Source of the DNA: Eledone cirrhosa
Lineage: Eukaryota
Assembly: GCA_964016885.1 (NCBI GenBank)
Contig: OZ024740.1
Location: 325,376,001-325,440,000 of the forward strand
DNA length: 64,000 nt
Direction: 5' to 3'
Shown: positions 39,762 to 53,863 of the stretch, piece by piece
How positions within the stretch are numbered: the stretch's first letter is position 1
Layout: every line of letters starts with the position of its first letter
The notes under the pieces: model-generated
Database searches by the model: none
Told to the model about the DNA's origin: nothing
The model's input: only the letters and a program-made list of their open reading frames with translations
Program-made: the position numbers and the translations under genes

Positions 39762-39880
39762 GTTCCGATGAGCCGCTCTGTTTTTAAATATGTTAATTAT
39801 TTTCAACTGAATCAGATCAATAATGATATATAGTCATTTGATCCAGAAATATTATCTGGAGTACCGAAACAATTGTAAAC
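39762..39880 (+). ncRNA. Degenerate hammerhead motif with very long helix II insert
   Basis: GTT-CCGATGA-GCC...GAAA-CAATTGTA-AAC; helix I GTT/AAC, palindrome ACAATTGT as at 52810; U4>C. Confidence 0.5.
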
Positions 39881-40002
39881 GGACATTATTATTAATATTA
39901 TTATTATTATTCTCTACATTCCTTACATCAAACTAAAATATGTTGACAATCTTTTAATAATGTCTTCCTTGTGAAATTTGTGGTCTTGTTTTGCTTAACT
40001 AA

Positions 40003-40092
<90 letters not shown>

Positions 40093-40097
<5 letters not shown>

Positions 40098-41514
40098 GTT
40101 GTGTATAAAAGCATATACTATGTGTATATACAATAAACATGAGACACTCGCTATTAAAGAATTTTATTTTATGAAAAAATTATTTTTCTCTCTTTTACTA
40201 TGTGAACATGTCACATTTATCTCGGTTACCGTTAAGAATGCCTGACAGCTGTTGATCGAGTAGAAATACATTTTTGTATTCGACTGTACGGATTATTTTC
40301 TGTTCAGTTACCTTGTTATTGTATTGCCTTATGCATATCTCCATGTAAGCATATTGGACTTTGAATTTCTTAAAGAATTTGAAAATATCATCCAAAAGAG
40401 AAATGCCACTCAATCTTCATTGCGCAGTGAGGTTACATTCGGATATTGTAAAGTTACTTTCGGTTGTTTGATCTACTGTTTGGAAAGAGCAACGAGATTT
40501 GTCAGGTAGACCCCAAAGTGGAAGACCGCTCACTAAATGGACTACTACTCTCATTAAAGTCTTTCGAGAAAGGATAAGACGAAATCCGGAAAGGTTCATA
40601 AGAAGAATGACAAAAGAGGTCCGAATAAACCCTAGGACAATGAGAAGAATCATCAATGATGACTTGGGAATCTCTTCCGTCACCCTTCAGAAGAGACAAA
40701 CCCTTCTGAGAAGACAAAACAAAAAAAAGGCTAGAGAGAAGCAAGAATTTGCTTAAAGAAATTAAATGTGGCATGGCAGGAGAAATTGTCTGGTCAGGTG
40801 AAAAGATTTTCACTTTTGAGCAGACACACAACCGAAGAAATGATAGAGTCATTGGGGAAAAAAGCATCAGCAATCACTGTTAATCCAAAATCTGTATTCC
40901 ATACAATGAAACCAGCTTCTGTTATGGTCGGAGGTGGGGTCAGTTTCATCATCTTGGAAGTCTCCACTCATTTTTGTGAAAGAAAGGAAAAAAAATCAGT
41001 TCCCTAAATTACATAACGGTATTCTGGAGCCAATGCTTTCTTCTGCAAATAATCATTTTGGCAATGGTTATCTGTGGACCTCCTAAAAGGATGGAGCACC
41101 TCCCATACAGCAAATGTCACACAGGTTTGGTGCAGGGACCATGTTCCGAGGTTCTGGTCAAAAGAAATGTGACCTCCTTGTTCGCCTGATTTGAACCCTA
41201 TGGATTTTCAGTATGATCTATCCTTGAAGAAAAATCCTGTTCAAAAGTCCATAAGACAGTCGATAATTTAAAGGCATCTTTACTGAACACTTGCAAAGAA
41301 ATTCCCTAAGAAATGTTGCGTGCTTCAGTGAAAGATGTACGTGAAAAGGTTAGAGGCTGTTATTGGTGCACAAGGGGTCATTTTGAATTAACTGTATACA
41401 TTATATTCTAAAGATATTAATGTATAATTACATATATGTTGCTAGTCAATAAAGTTAGTAATTTTGTTAGTCAAAGCATTTTTATTTGCTTCCAAACTTC
41501 CGCACCACGCTGTA
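40093..41514 (+). mobile_element. Degenerate IS630-Tc1-mariner transposon, DD37D (maT) type
   Basis: RPQSGRP..IRRNP..DDLG, IVWSGEKIFT, SVMV, DGAPPH.A..TQ.W..[W]PPCSPDLNPMD with 37 residues between the last two D; 3' end CACGCTG-TA; 5' boundary uncertain. Confidence 0.85.
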
Positions 41515-41548
41515 TATATCTATATCTATCTATATTTATCTATCTATA

Positions 41549-41618
<70 letters not shown>

Positions 41619-41982
41619 CACATATTTATACCCATGTATTGATAAATAAAGGTAAACAGGTAGAAAAGTAGAATTGTTGCGCTCTCTCTCACCATCATTC
41701 TCTTTCTCCTTTAAGATGCATGACTATATATACATATACATATTACATCTATGTGTCTATGTAGGGGTGTGGATGCGTGTGTGTATGTGCGTGCGTATGT
41801 GTACATGTTTATAAATATATCTGTATAGTTGTATGAGCCTAGATATATGAGGTATAAGTGTCTGTTAGAATGTGTATGTATGCAGACATGCGTGTGCGCG
41901 CATGTATATGTGCCTGTGTGTGTACATGTTTGTGTGTACATGTTTGTGTCTACATGCGCGTAATTGTGCACACGTATGTGTG

Positions 41983-42095
41983 CATATGTACGCGTGCGTG
42001 TATGAGCGTAGGTATAAGCATATGTACGCGTGCGTGTATGAGCGTAGGTATAAGCATATGTACGCGTGCGTGTATGAGCGTAGGTATAAGCATAT
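41983..42095. repeat. 36-bp tandem repeat, 3 copies
   Basis: TGTACGCGTGCGTGTATGAGCGTAGGTATAAGCATA x3. Confidence 0.9.
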
Positions 42096-42444
42096 GTATG
42101 GGTGGCTATTCTTATTCTGACGTATATGTTTATACACACGTGTGTATATATGTTTATGTTAGTGAGTGTGTATGTATGTGTCTTTAACGGTGGGTGAATA
42201 AGTGATGTAATTATGTATTTCACTATGTATGAATTCGTGTATATATCTGTGTCTGTATATGGACTTCGTATGTCTTTCTTTTTCTATGTATGTATTTGAG
42301 TACATGTGTGTGTGTGTGTGTCTGAATGTATGTATCTATCTATATATGTAAGTACGTATGTATGTATGTATGTATGTATGTATGTATGTATGTATGTATG
42401 TATGTATGTATGTATGTATGTATGTATGTATGTATGTATGTATG

Positions 42445-42995
42445 GTCGGGTCGTTGGCGACTAAACTGGCAACCCCACCAAGGTTTCTTGGTGAGGAGGG
42501 TGACTTTGGACATCCTGCAGGACTAAAAACAAAACCTGTCAAAGGGCAAGGGAGCTCTTAAGAGTCAATAGCCATCCAAAATCACCGGGAGAGATGACCC
42601 CTTAGCCTTTGTCAAGGCAGAATTCTAGGAGAAGGAAAACTCTGATATAACACCTGCAACCCTGATGGTATCCAATGATGTTGACTTGTTCTTCTTTTTG
42701 GTAAATATCATCTTGGTTAAGAGAGTGGGACTGGCTTTGTGCAGTGCCTTTGCTCACTATAAAAGCTTCACAGCACAGGCATTGCTTTATATCTGGAGAT
42801 CTCTCTGCACTTGTCGTCACATGGTACCATGGGCCATGCACTATGTGTCAATAATGGTCACAAGTGTAGTCTATGTACCAGAGTTTTCAAGTCGCTGGCT
42901 AGACTAAAAAGTCACATTCGTTCAGCGCATCGGTAGGGGTTCTCCTACATGGATATAAAGTAGTGGCCGTACTCGAAAACGAGTTGGCAGCCACC
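42445..42995 (+). mobile_element. RTE-derived non-autonomous element inserted in pure (ATGT)n
   Basis: Near-identical to 19550-20129; (TATG)n on both sides. Confidence 0.85.
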
Positions 42996-43145
42996 ATGTA
43001 TGTATGTATGTATGTATGAAAGTAAGTACATAGGTATGTATGTTTGAATATATGTCTGTATGTGTATATATGCTTGTATACATGTGACGTTCTGTTTGTT
43101 TGGGGCTGTTAGCCTGTGTCTGTGGGATTTTGCAAGTGCGTGTAT

Positions 43146-43427
43146 CTAAAGTCTAAAGTCTGTCTTAAGCCAGAAGGCTCGTTTGGTCGGTGCTTTTCCC
43201 GGTCTCATGTCGTGAAGCGACTGAGAGTACAAGGCCCCCCACTGGACAGGACGCCAGTCCATCGCAGGATTAAACCTCCAGCTATAGCTGGTACTCATTT
43301 TCAGATCAGTATACTGGAGCAACGTGAAATAAAGTGTTTTGCTCAAGAACACAACACGCAATCCAGGAATCGAGCCCACGACATTATGATCGTAAGTCCA
43401 ACACCTTTTCCACTAGGCCACGTGCCT
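43146..43427 (-). mobile_element. tRNA-derived SINE
   Basis: Minus strand GGCACGTGGCCTAGTGG..GGGCTCGATTCCTGG..GTGTTCTTGAGCAAAACACTTTATTTCACGTTGCTCCAG; tail (CTTTAGA). Confidence 0.85.
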
Positions 43428-43796
43428 CTACAGTGCGTGTATACGTACATATTTATGTATGTGTGTGCATGTTGGCGTGCGATGTCAGAACTACAGCTAA
43501 TAGAATGTGTGTATGTGTATATCTGTATGTGTACGTGGCACGTGTGAGTGTGTCTCTGTGTGTGAATGTGTGTGTGTGTGCCTGTGTCTGCGTGTATGTG
43601 TATCTGTACGTACATGTGTATGTGTGCGCCTGTGTATGTGTGTGTTTGTATATATTGTATATATATGTGTGTGTGTGTGTGTGTGCATGTATGTGTATGT
43701 GTATGCGCGTGTGTCTCTCTCTCTCCCTCTTTCCTTCTCTGTATGTGTGTATATGTGTGTATGTGCTTGTATGTATGTATGTGTGTATGTGTGTGT

Positions 43797-44140
43797 GTGC
43801 AGGTATGTGTGTATGTGTGCGTACATGAGTGTGCGCGCGCTTGTATGTGTGTGTGTTTGTTTGTGTGTCTGTGTGTGCTTCTATATATTGTATATATGTA
43901 TGTGTGTCTCTCTCACTCTCTATATGTGTGTGTGTGTGTATGTCTGTATATGCTTGTATGTGTGTGCAGGTATGTGTGTATGTGTGCGTACATGAGTGTG
44001 CGCGCACTTGTATGTGTGTGTGTCTGTTTGTGTGTCTGTGTGTGCTTCTATATATTGTATATATGTATGTGTGTCTCTCTCACTCTCTCTATGTGTGTGT
44101 GTGTGTGTGTATGTCTGTATATGCTTGTGTGTGTGTGCAT
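43797..44140. repeat. ~167-bp tandem duplication in TG-rich tract
   Basis: GTGCAGGTATGTGTGTATGTGTGCGTACATGAGTGTGCGCGC at 43797 and ~43964. Confidence 0.8.
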
Positions 44141-44405
44141 GTGTGTGTATGTGTGCGTGCAAGATCAGAACTGCAGCTAATCGAATATAACGAAAGATTC
44201 TTTCAGCTTCAGTTGTCCGATAGAGCAATAGCAATTCCAGCTGATATCGATTTTATGTGTTCAATCAGCCGAAACCTGTGGAATTAATCAAAGATTTCCC
44301 AGCGGCCATCAAAAATATCTCCACAATACCCCGCCAACGAGTTATTTCTGGGTTCAATTCACAACAACGCCACCAATGATATTCTTTGTTAAGTATATAA
44401 TGTCA

Positions 44406-44451
<46 letters not shown>

Positions 44452-44452
44452 C

Positions 44453-44548
<96 letters not shown>

Positions 44549-45122
44549 CAATTGACAAGGATGGCAGCAGTGATATTCATTGTCAAATAAATGGTGTTTA
44601 CTCCCCATAAAAACATTCTCTCCTCCCGACTATCAGGGCGTCTGCTCCGCCGTCTATTCAATAAACCGGAAATAGTTAGATGAGACTACGTCTTTCATTC
44701 AGTCTTTTATTTCTTTTCTTTCATTTTTTTTTCTTTCTTTAACTTATTAATTTTTTTTTTTTCACACCATACTCTTTACTAAATATAATATACATTTCTA
44801 TGTTTGGCTATAATCACTACCAACACCACACTCCATTTTCTTTTTCTTTTGATAAAGGGGACGTAACACCTAAATATGCAATATCATTAAATAAAAGGTA
44901 AAAGTTTAAACAGCTTCGTTTTCATTTACTTTTCTATTGTTTTCATACTTTTCTTTCTAACTTTCAATGCAATTGTCCTCGTCTAACAACGTTATATCAC
45001 GCATAAATATTCTGAAAAAGACTCCAGTTGCCTTTTCGATTTCTTTTCCTTATATATATATATACATATATATATAGGTGGCAAGCAAATATGTTGAGAA
45101 ATTATTTATAATATTAATGACA

Positions 45123-45234
<112 letters not shown>

Positions 45235-45953
45235 AAAACAGCACTATCCTCTTACAGTGGAACGAAATATGTGTCATCCTGGTTCTGAAATATCCCTTCG
45301 AAAAATAGCGCTAGGTTCATCCAGTTCGACATAATAGACTCTTACCCCTCCATCTCTAGGCTTTTTTTACACAAATCTTTAGAGTTCAGACGTTGGTTTA
45401 GTTACATTAGCGACTAGGAATTAGAACTTGTTACGCATTCCCAAAGGAGCTTCCTATTTAATAACTGGAGTATGTGGGTTATAAAATCTGTTCCAGGGGA
45501 TTCCTTTGGCGGCTCGATGAGGGTCGTAAGACGGTGATGATGTATGTGACCTGATTAGATTATATACCTTCCATACAATTAAGTGTGAACTCCTCAACCA
45601 CACCAAAAGTTGATGGATTTTCTGGACAGATTCCGTAAGGATTTGATAGAAGCCTTTCGCGCGCTAGTACTTTTAAAATTACTGTAGATAGATCGATAGA
45701 TCCATAGTTAGATAGAGTGAGTGAGTGAGTGAGTGAGAGAGGGAAACCTACACACACACGCACGCACACTCAGACAGACAGACACACACACACACATATA
45801 TATATATGTATATATATATTGTTATACTTTGGGAGGGTCATGTTGGCAATAAGAAACACACGCACCAGTTGCTTTCACTTCAATTTATTATAATAAATTT
45901 ATAAATTTCCGGTTGGTTGGTTGGTTCCACAACCAGATGGTTGTTTATATATT

Positions 45954-45996
45954 GTCAAAGTTCTTTCGTCACATATTCTGTGACCTCTTCAGTAAC
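45954..45996 (-). ncRNA. Minimal hammerhead ribozyme motif
   Basis: Minus strand GTTA-CTGAAGA-G-GTCAC(AGAATAT)GTGAC-GAAA-GAACTT-TGAC; helix I GTTA/TGAC. Confidence 0.7.
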
Positions 45997-46175
45997 TGGG
46001 GGTTCTTTTCTTTGTTTTTTGTGCCTCTCCTTTGTTCTGTCCTACGCCATCTTGTTTTTGTGTGTGTATATATATATATATTAAAGAGTTAAACAATATT
46101 CAATGAGTATATCAAAGAATGAGTTTTACAGTAGATTGGAAGCACTCTATGGAAAATAATTTTCCAGACTTATTA

Positions 46176-46725
<550 letters not shown>

Positions 46726-46727
46726 AT

Positions 46728-46928
46728 GAAGGCGTGTGGCTGAGTGGTTAGAGAATTGGATTCACAATCGTAAGGTTGTGAGTTCGATTCCTGGACCAGG
46801 CGATGCGTTATGTCCTTGAACAAGACACTTTATTTCACGTTGCTCCTTCTACCTGGAGTTGCGACCGATAGATAGTATTACCAATTGCAAAGACCAACGG
46901 AAACATTGTTCCCTCGGTCCGATTTGAC
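46728..46928 (+). mobile_element. tRNA-derived SINE
   Basis: A-box TGGCTGAGTGG, B-box GAGTTCGATTCC, TGTCCTTGAACAAGACACTTT core; matches 12285-12484. Confidence 0.88.
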
Positions 46929-47566
46929 GAAAGTCGATCGTTAAGAATATATATGTTTCTGGTAAGACTTTTGTAGTAACCGACCTTAATAATTATATTA
47001 AAACTCTCCCTACAGATTTGAGTTGCTCTACCTTGGATATTTCTACCAAGTTAGTACCACAATATAAATATACTATCAACATTAGTTTGGGTCACTTTCA
47101 AACAAAATCCGTTAGATTTTGAAAAGATTCGTGCCACATTTTAATGAAATTGATCTGGCAACACTGTTCCGCGTATCTACTAGGTCATTGCAGTTCATCT
47201 CATTTAGTAGAAATTCATGGTTTTCAGTTTGACCTTCTATTTTATTATTAGTTTTATTTTATGTAGATACTTGATAAGATCTAACGTGATAGAAATCTTT
47301 AATGTGGTGACATAGTTTCTCTGTCGATCAAACATGTGGTGTATATAATACATTATAACACGTAATCTGCAAGTAATTTTAATAGATAATATAAAGTCCT
47401 TGAAATGTCGGATGCTCTGAGTTCAAATCTCTGAGTTCAAATCCCGCCGATGTCAGCTTTGCTTTTCATCCTATATACAAAATGTGTCAGTACAGTACAC
47501 GGAGCGTTTCTTCTTTTCTTCCTTTCTCTTCTTTCCTCGCTCTCTCCCGCTCTCTATCTCTCTCTT

Positions 47567-47662
<96 letters not shown>

Positions 47663-47694
47663 CTGGCCTTGTGCCTATACTAGTAATCTTTATT

Positions 47695-47905
47695 AGTGGA
47701 TTGGTAGAATCGGTAGAGCGTCGGACACCATGCTTCTTGGCATAGAGTTACGGCCCTTTACATTCTGAGGTCAAATCCCGCCAAGGTTAGCTTTGTCTTT
47801 CATCCTTACTGGGTCCATAAAATAAAATACCAGTCACGCACTGGGTCGATTTAATCGACTTCCCCGCCCCTTCGAATTGCTGGCCTCGTGCCTAAATCAG
47901 AAACC
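47695..47905 (+). mobile_element. Nin/Deu-domain SINE
   Basis: CTTTCATCCTT..GGGTCCATAAAATAAAATACCAG central domain; 3' GGCCTCGTGCCTAAATCAGAAACC followed by GTT/ATT tail. Confidence 0.8.
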
Positions 47906-48710
47906 GTTGTTATTAATATGGTTGTAGTTGTTGCTACTGTCGTTATTATTGTTATTGTCATTATTGTTGTTGTTTTCTTCGCTGTAGTTGTAGTTGTAGC
48001 TGGTGTTGTTGTTGTAGCTACCGTTGTTGTTGTTTCTGTTGTTGTTGTAGCTACCGTTGTTGTTGTTGTTGTTGTTGCTGTTGTTGTTGTTGTAGCTACC
48101 GTTGTAGTTGAAGTTGTAGTTATTGCTGGTGTTGTAGTTGTAGCTGTTGTTGTTGTTGTTGTAGTTGTTGTTGTTGTTGCTGTTGTTGTAGCTGGTGTTG
48201 TTGTTGTTGTTGTAGCTGGTGTTGTTGTTGTAGCTACCGTTGTTGCTGTAGCTGTTGTTGTTGTTGTTGTAGCTGTTGTTGTTGTTGCAGCTGTTGTTGT
48301 TGTTGTTGTTGTTGTAGCTACCGTTGTAGTTGTAGTTGTAGTTATTGCTGGTGTTGTAGTTGTAGCTGTTGTTGTTGTAGCTGTTGTTGTTGTCGTTGTA
48401 GCTGTTGTTGTTGTAGCTGTTGTTGTTGTTGTAGCTGTTGTTGTTGTTGTAGCTGTTGTTGTTGTTGCAGCTGTTGCTGTTGTTGCAGCTGTTGCTGTTG
48501 TAGTTGAAGTTGTAGTTATTGCTGGTGTTGTAGTTGTAGCTACCGTTGTTGTTGTTGCTGTTGTTGTTCGTGACATGTTTGTCATTGGTGATGATATTGT
48601 TGATGTTGTTAATGTCTTTATAGCTGTTATTGTTGTTATTGCTGTTGTTGTTGCTGCTGCTTTCTTTATTATTGTTATTGTTGTGTTTATAGCGGTTATT
48701 AAGGTTTAGT
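47905..48710. repeat. Compound (GTT/GTA/GCT)n tract continuing the SINE tail
   Basis: Trinucleotide-phase repeat with recurring GTAGCTACCGTT sub-units. Confidence 0.92.
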
Positions 48711-48906
48711 GTTGTTATTAAGAGAGAACTAATGTGTATTTAATAAACAAAATGAAGATAATGGATTAAAATCCGATATAATGTCATCACTTGTCACCAA
48801 AATGATAAATTGGGAGACGGGGCTCTTATTGTATGGTCGCCATATTGTGGTACTAGAATGGTCTTTCTCTCGAGCCGTCTAGCCCTTCTTTCTCTTTAGA
48901 AGAAGA

Positions 48907-48950
<44 letters not shown>

Positions 48951-49202
48951 GAGGAGGAGGAGGAGGAGGAGGAGGAGGAGGAGGAGGAGGAGGAGGCGGA
49001 GGAGGAGGAAGTGACGCTAGACGACAGAATTGTTTGGCAGGTTGAACTAAATTGCGAAATTAAGATGGTGTTTTATTAAACACAAACACACACACATACA
49101 CATATACGTGTATATACATATATATATGCATATGTATATATATATATATGTATACAGATATATATATATAAATACATACTTACGTTTATACATATATATA
49201 TA

Positions 49203-49270
<68 letters not shown>

Positions 49271-49398
49271 TGTATATATATATATATATATATATAAAAG
49301 CCTTTAATGCGATGAAATGCCTACGACGGTTGGAAGGCCACTGATGAGGACAAACTTTTTCATATGTAACCCATTTGCAGCGCCGCAGCTCCATTATT

Positions 49399-49430
<32 letters not shown>

Positions 49431-49689
49431 CTTACATATAAGTGTGTGTTGTGGATGCATGTGTGCATGATTGTCTTAATCTAAGGAATGATAAGGGAAC
49501 TGACAACTATTTAATAAAGTAGTCACTATATATATATATATATATATATATAGTGCCAGAAAGAGAAAGAGAGAATCAAGTAGACAAACAATGTCTAGGT
49601 AGAAAAATAAATGGAATCGCACTTGATGCCAATCCTTTTTGCCAATAAAAATATATTTATAAATTTACAGGTCGTTTTTCTTTTCGTCT

Positions 49690-50090
49690 ATAATGGGTGT
49701 TTATTTTTAAAATAAAATTTAGTAAGAAAAAATAAAAAATAAAGGGAAAACAAAAGGAAAGAGAGAATAGGGAAATATAGAAAAAAAAAGAGAGAAAGAA
49801 AGAAGAAACAGAACGGGAAGGGGCGGGGTGGCAAGAGCTCTGGTGTCACAGAAGAGAGGGAAGGGGTGAAGGAGGAGGGTTTGGGAGGTTTTGTGTCTAG
49901 GGAAAGAGTGCACAAGTGCTGCGCCCCGAGGACGAGACGGCAAAAGCATTCTCCCAGATGATGGCCAGGGAACCCGCTGTAACAGCCAACCAACTTCGCC
50001 GGTCTCCCTCTTCAGACGGGCCGATGACGCTCCGATCTTGCGGAGGAGCTCGGCTGTACGGGTAACTATGGATACTGCAGGGATATTCTA
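49690..50090 (-). mobile_element. CRE-like non-LTR retrotransposon 3' remnant
   Basis: Minus strand translates ELLRKIGASSARLKRETGEVGWLLQRV/SLAIIWENAFAVSSSG (one frameshift), then a pyrimidine-rich 3' UTR. Confidence 0.6.
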
Positions 50091-50741
50091 TAAAATACAC
50101 ACCTTGTCAAGACCAACATTTTTCAGAGGAATTTTTCATATGCAAGTCCTTACTCTCTCGCGACATAGAGAGGCCTTTAAAATATATAATATATATTCAG
50201 AACACAGACATTCGTAAGTTCTCAATCAACTGCTTTGAAATGGTTTCTTTAAGACTAAAAGTGTCGATGTAATATTTATATTTTCTCAGCAGCTGTCTTC
50301 CACAAGAGTGCATGGCGCTTTCGACTGTTTTCTGTCTCACTGAACTATATCGAGTTCTATTGCGTCAGCATTTAATGGAAATCATAATTGGAATTTCTTT
50401 CTGTTTATCAATATATTTATACTTTTATTTTGGTTTATTTTGGTTTACTTTCCAAAGTATGGAATCATCCAGGGATATTTTTTATTTTATTTTTGATACT
50501 TCCATCTGACAACTCCATGCAGTTGATGAAAATGAGTATTTTTTCCTGTTTTCTAGTAATAAAAGCACGAAATATTTCGCTGACATTTTGGAAATGTGCA
50601 TGGATGTATGTTTGTGCGTATATCTGTAGGTATGTATGTATTTATGTATGTTTGTATGAAATTATGCATGTATTTATATAAGTACGAATGTTTGCAAGTA
50701 TGATGCGTGCATATATTTGTTATCCATGTGTGTCCATGTAA

Positions 50742-50772
<31 letters not shown>

Positions 50773-50807
50773 GACACATACATAGATACACACCCACACA
50801 CACATAC

Positions 50808-50856
<49 letters not shown>

Positions 50857-50908
50857 TTATATAAACATATATATATATATATATATGTGTGTGCGTGTGT
50901 GTGTATTG

Positions 50909-50965
<57 letters not shown>

Positions 50966-51057
50966 ATATATATATATATATATATGATATATATATATAT
51001 ATATATATGATATATATATATATATATATATATGATATATATATGTGTATGTGTGTG

Positions 51058-51106
<49 letters not shown>

Positions 51107-51468
51107 ATGTATGTATGTATATATTATATGCATGTGTGTGCAATAGATTTCTATCATAACTTTCTGCAATCTCTCTCACACCTCTTTCTCTCGCTCTCTC
51201 TTTCTTTCTTTCTCTCTCTCACCGCCCTCTCTCTCTCTCTCTCTCTCACACTCACCTCCTCCTCTCTTATATGTGTGTTGTGGATGTGGGACTCTATTGC
51301 TTGTTTATGTACATATCTAAGTGCATACACAAAAACAAAAGTAACATGCAACTAGTTACTTCATTATGATAATATATATACATATACATGTGTGTGAGTG
51401 TGTGTGCGCGTGTGTGTATCATTCCACCAACTCTCTATCAATCTCTCTTTTTACTCTTTCTCTCTCAA

Positions 51469-51501
<33 letters not shown>

Positions 51502-52735
51502 CGTATACATGTGCATACAAAATACAAACAAACGTACATACATACATACATATGTGTCGTATGTGAACATGTGTGAATGAATATATATATATATACACCA
51601 ATGACCTTTTTAACCAGAGTGTATTATCCAACTCTACCAGATGCCGGAAATCAACAGGCAAGGTAGTCTGTTGTATTCTGGGAAGTTGCTATCTTTATAT
51701 CGAGGCTGACATTTCAGATAAGCCTGGTTGTTCGTGTCAATGTCATCCTGCCAGCCATGAAAGGGAGGGAGAAATGGCCGTCTTTGTAATAAATAAGTTA
51801 CCCACAGAAACATTACACAATCATTTTCAATGTCAATAGAGAAGACGAAGAAAAAAGGAGAAAAAATAACATTAAAATCTGGCACGTATCTTTTATTCGT
51901 TCATTTATCTATTTATCAATAAAAAGCCTGTTGATTTAATTCATATGTTCTTTATTAATCGCAACTACATAGCTATATTTAATTTCACATCAATAGGGAG
52001 TTATCCTTGTATGTATGTTTCACAGCGGGATTTGAACTCAGAACATACTTTATACAAGGTGCTGTCATACATACCGAAAGGCATTTTGTCCGACGATGTA
52101 ACGCCTCTGTCAATTCACCACTAGCAAAATTTAGTGAGTTATTGGAGCTTAAACTGAAGTATATTGGTATAATTTGCTAGAACATAGAAGTGGGTTTTTT
52201 ATAGCATTTCTCGAGAATAAGCGTGGGGGAGAGGGGGGGTCGGTAATTGTTCTAGGTCATCTCCGTTGATTCATTTTTAAAATCAGAATTTGTAGTTTAG
52301 TTTACATATTGAGACCACAACCCATCCTATTTATTCTATAAAATGTATGGGATTTCTTGTAATGTACGTTTTTTCTCATGTATAATGTTTTTAATGTATT
52401 AAGAAAATTAATTGTCGCGAGAATGCTACCACTTACAATAAAATTTCGCTGGAGATAGATTATGAAAATTTAATAAGCAGGAGTATTAAAATAATAGTGG
52501 AGCTTGGAAAAAATCTGAAAATTTAATAAGCGAGGTGGGGGTGATTATTCGAGACCCTAGAGTAGTTAATAAATAAATACCAGGCATTAACTAACTATTT
52601 CTGATTTATTTATGCCGGTCTGCTTTGAGACCTCCGGTGTCTTCAGTCCCCGGACTGCCGCGGAGAAGCTGAACGTGACTAAATACTGGCCGTTTTATCT
52701 TAGAGTTACGGCTGTAGTCTTGCACATATAAGCTC

Positions 52736-52824
52736 GCATATCTGACGAGATGTCGAACAAGAATCGGGCCCTGTCACTTTGATTGTACCCTGAGCTAATC
52801 GATATCGAAACAATTGTCATATGC
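52736..52824 (+). ncRNA. Intact type I hammerhead ribozyme motif with a 42-nt helix II loop
   Basis: GCATAT-CTGACGA-GATGTCGA(42 nt)TCGATATC-GAAA-CAATTGTC-ATATGC; 6-bp helix I, 8-bp helix II, palindromic ACAATTGT, GUC site. Confidence 0.88.
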
Positions 52825-53704
52825 TGCAACACTGACTTCGATTCATTAAATCTCTCTCTCTCTCTCTCTCTCTCTTTCGATATATATATATATATGTATA
52901 TCCCACCGCTGTTTTAACTACTACTAAATTTTCCCTGCTATGAATTGGTAGAGTACAGCGTTGGACGAAATGCCTTGCTGTATGTATTCCAGCTCCATGC
53001 ATTAAGTTCTGAGACATAAAGGTACACATATAAACATACCGTATATACATACAGGTATATATACATACATATATAAACTTGTGCATACAACTAACATACA
53101 GCTGCATGCATAACCACACTTACACTCACATATATATATGTGTGTGTGTGTGTGTGTGTAATTCATAATACACACATACATAGCTACATTAATACATAAA
53201 TACATATACGTATAAACAAATACATATATATATATGTATATATAAATATACACACACATACATACATACATACATACATACATACATACATACATACATA
53301 CATACATACATAGACATTGATATAAATCATCTCCCCTTCGCCTAGCTACCTACCACAACCCTAGCTCAGTGAGAATATGTAGATGCTATAATGATACACG
53401 CGACTCCCTTTGGTATTTCCATATATCAGACTGATAACAAGTGAAAGAGGGAGGGCATAGGAAGTCATTAGGTTATATATGATGATTGATAGGGCACAGT
53501 CCATCGAGGAATATTTGAAAAATAGGCCGCTAACCACATATTTTATTATTTTATTCTTTTACTGGTTTTGGTCTTTAGACTGCGCCCCTGTTGGGACACA
53601 TCCATGAGGGTATTTAGTAGTCGGCCATGTGGACGCCAGTACGTTTTTTAATCTGGTAATTATTTTATTATCTCCGTCATTTTTTGTCGAACCGCTATGT
53701 TATT

Positions 53705-53863
<159 letters not shown>

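Noticed and set aside
46728-46800. tRNA gene
   Set aside because: A/B boxes present but followed by a SINE core and tail, multicopy, and the acceptor stem does not close
47851-48709. Thr-rich mucin-like or Val-rich ORFs
   Set aside because: Trinucleotide tract continuous with a SINE tail; open on both strands; no signal peptide or supported exon boundaries
49341-49380. CTGATGAGGAC hammerhead start
   Set aside because: No matching GTCC-GAAA half downstream
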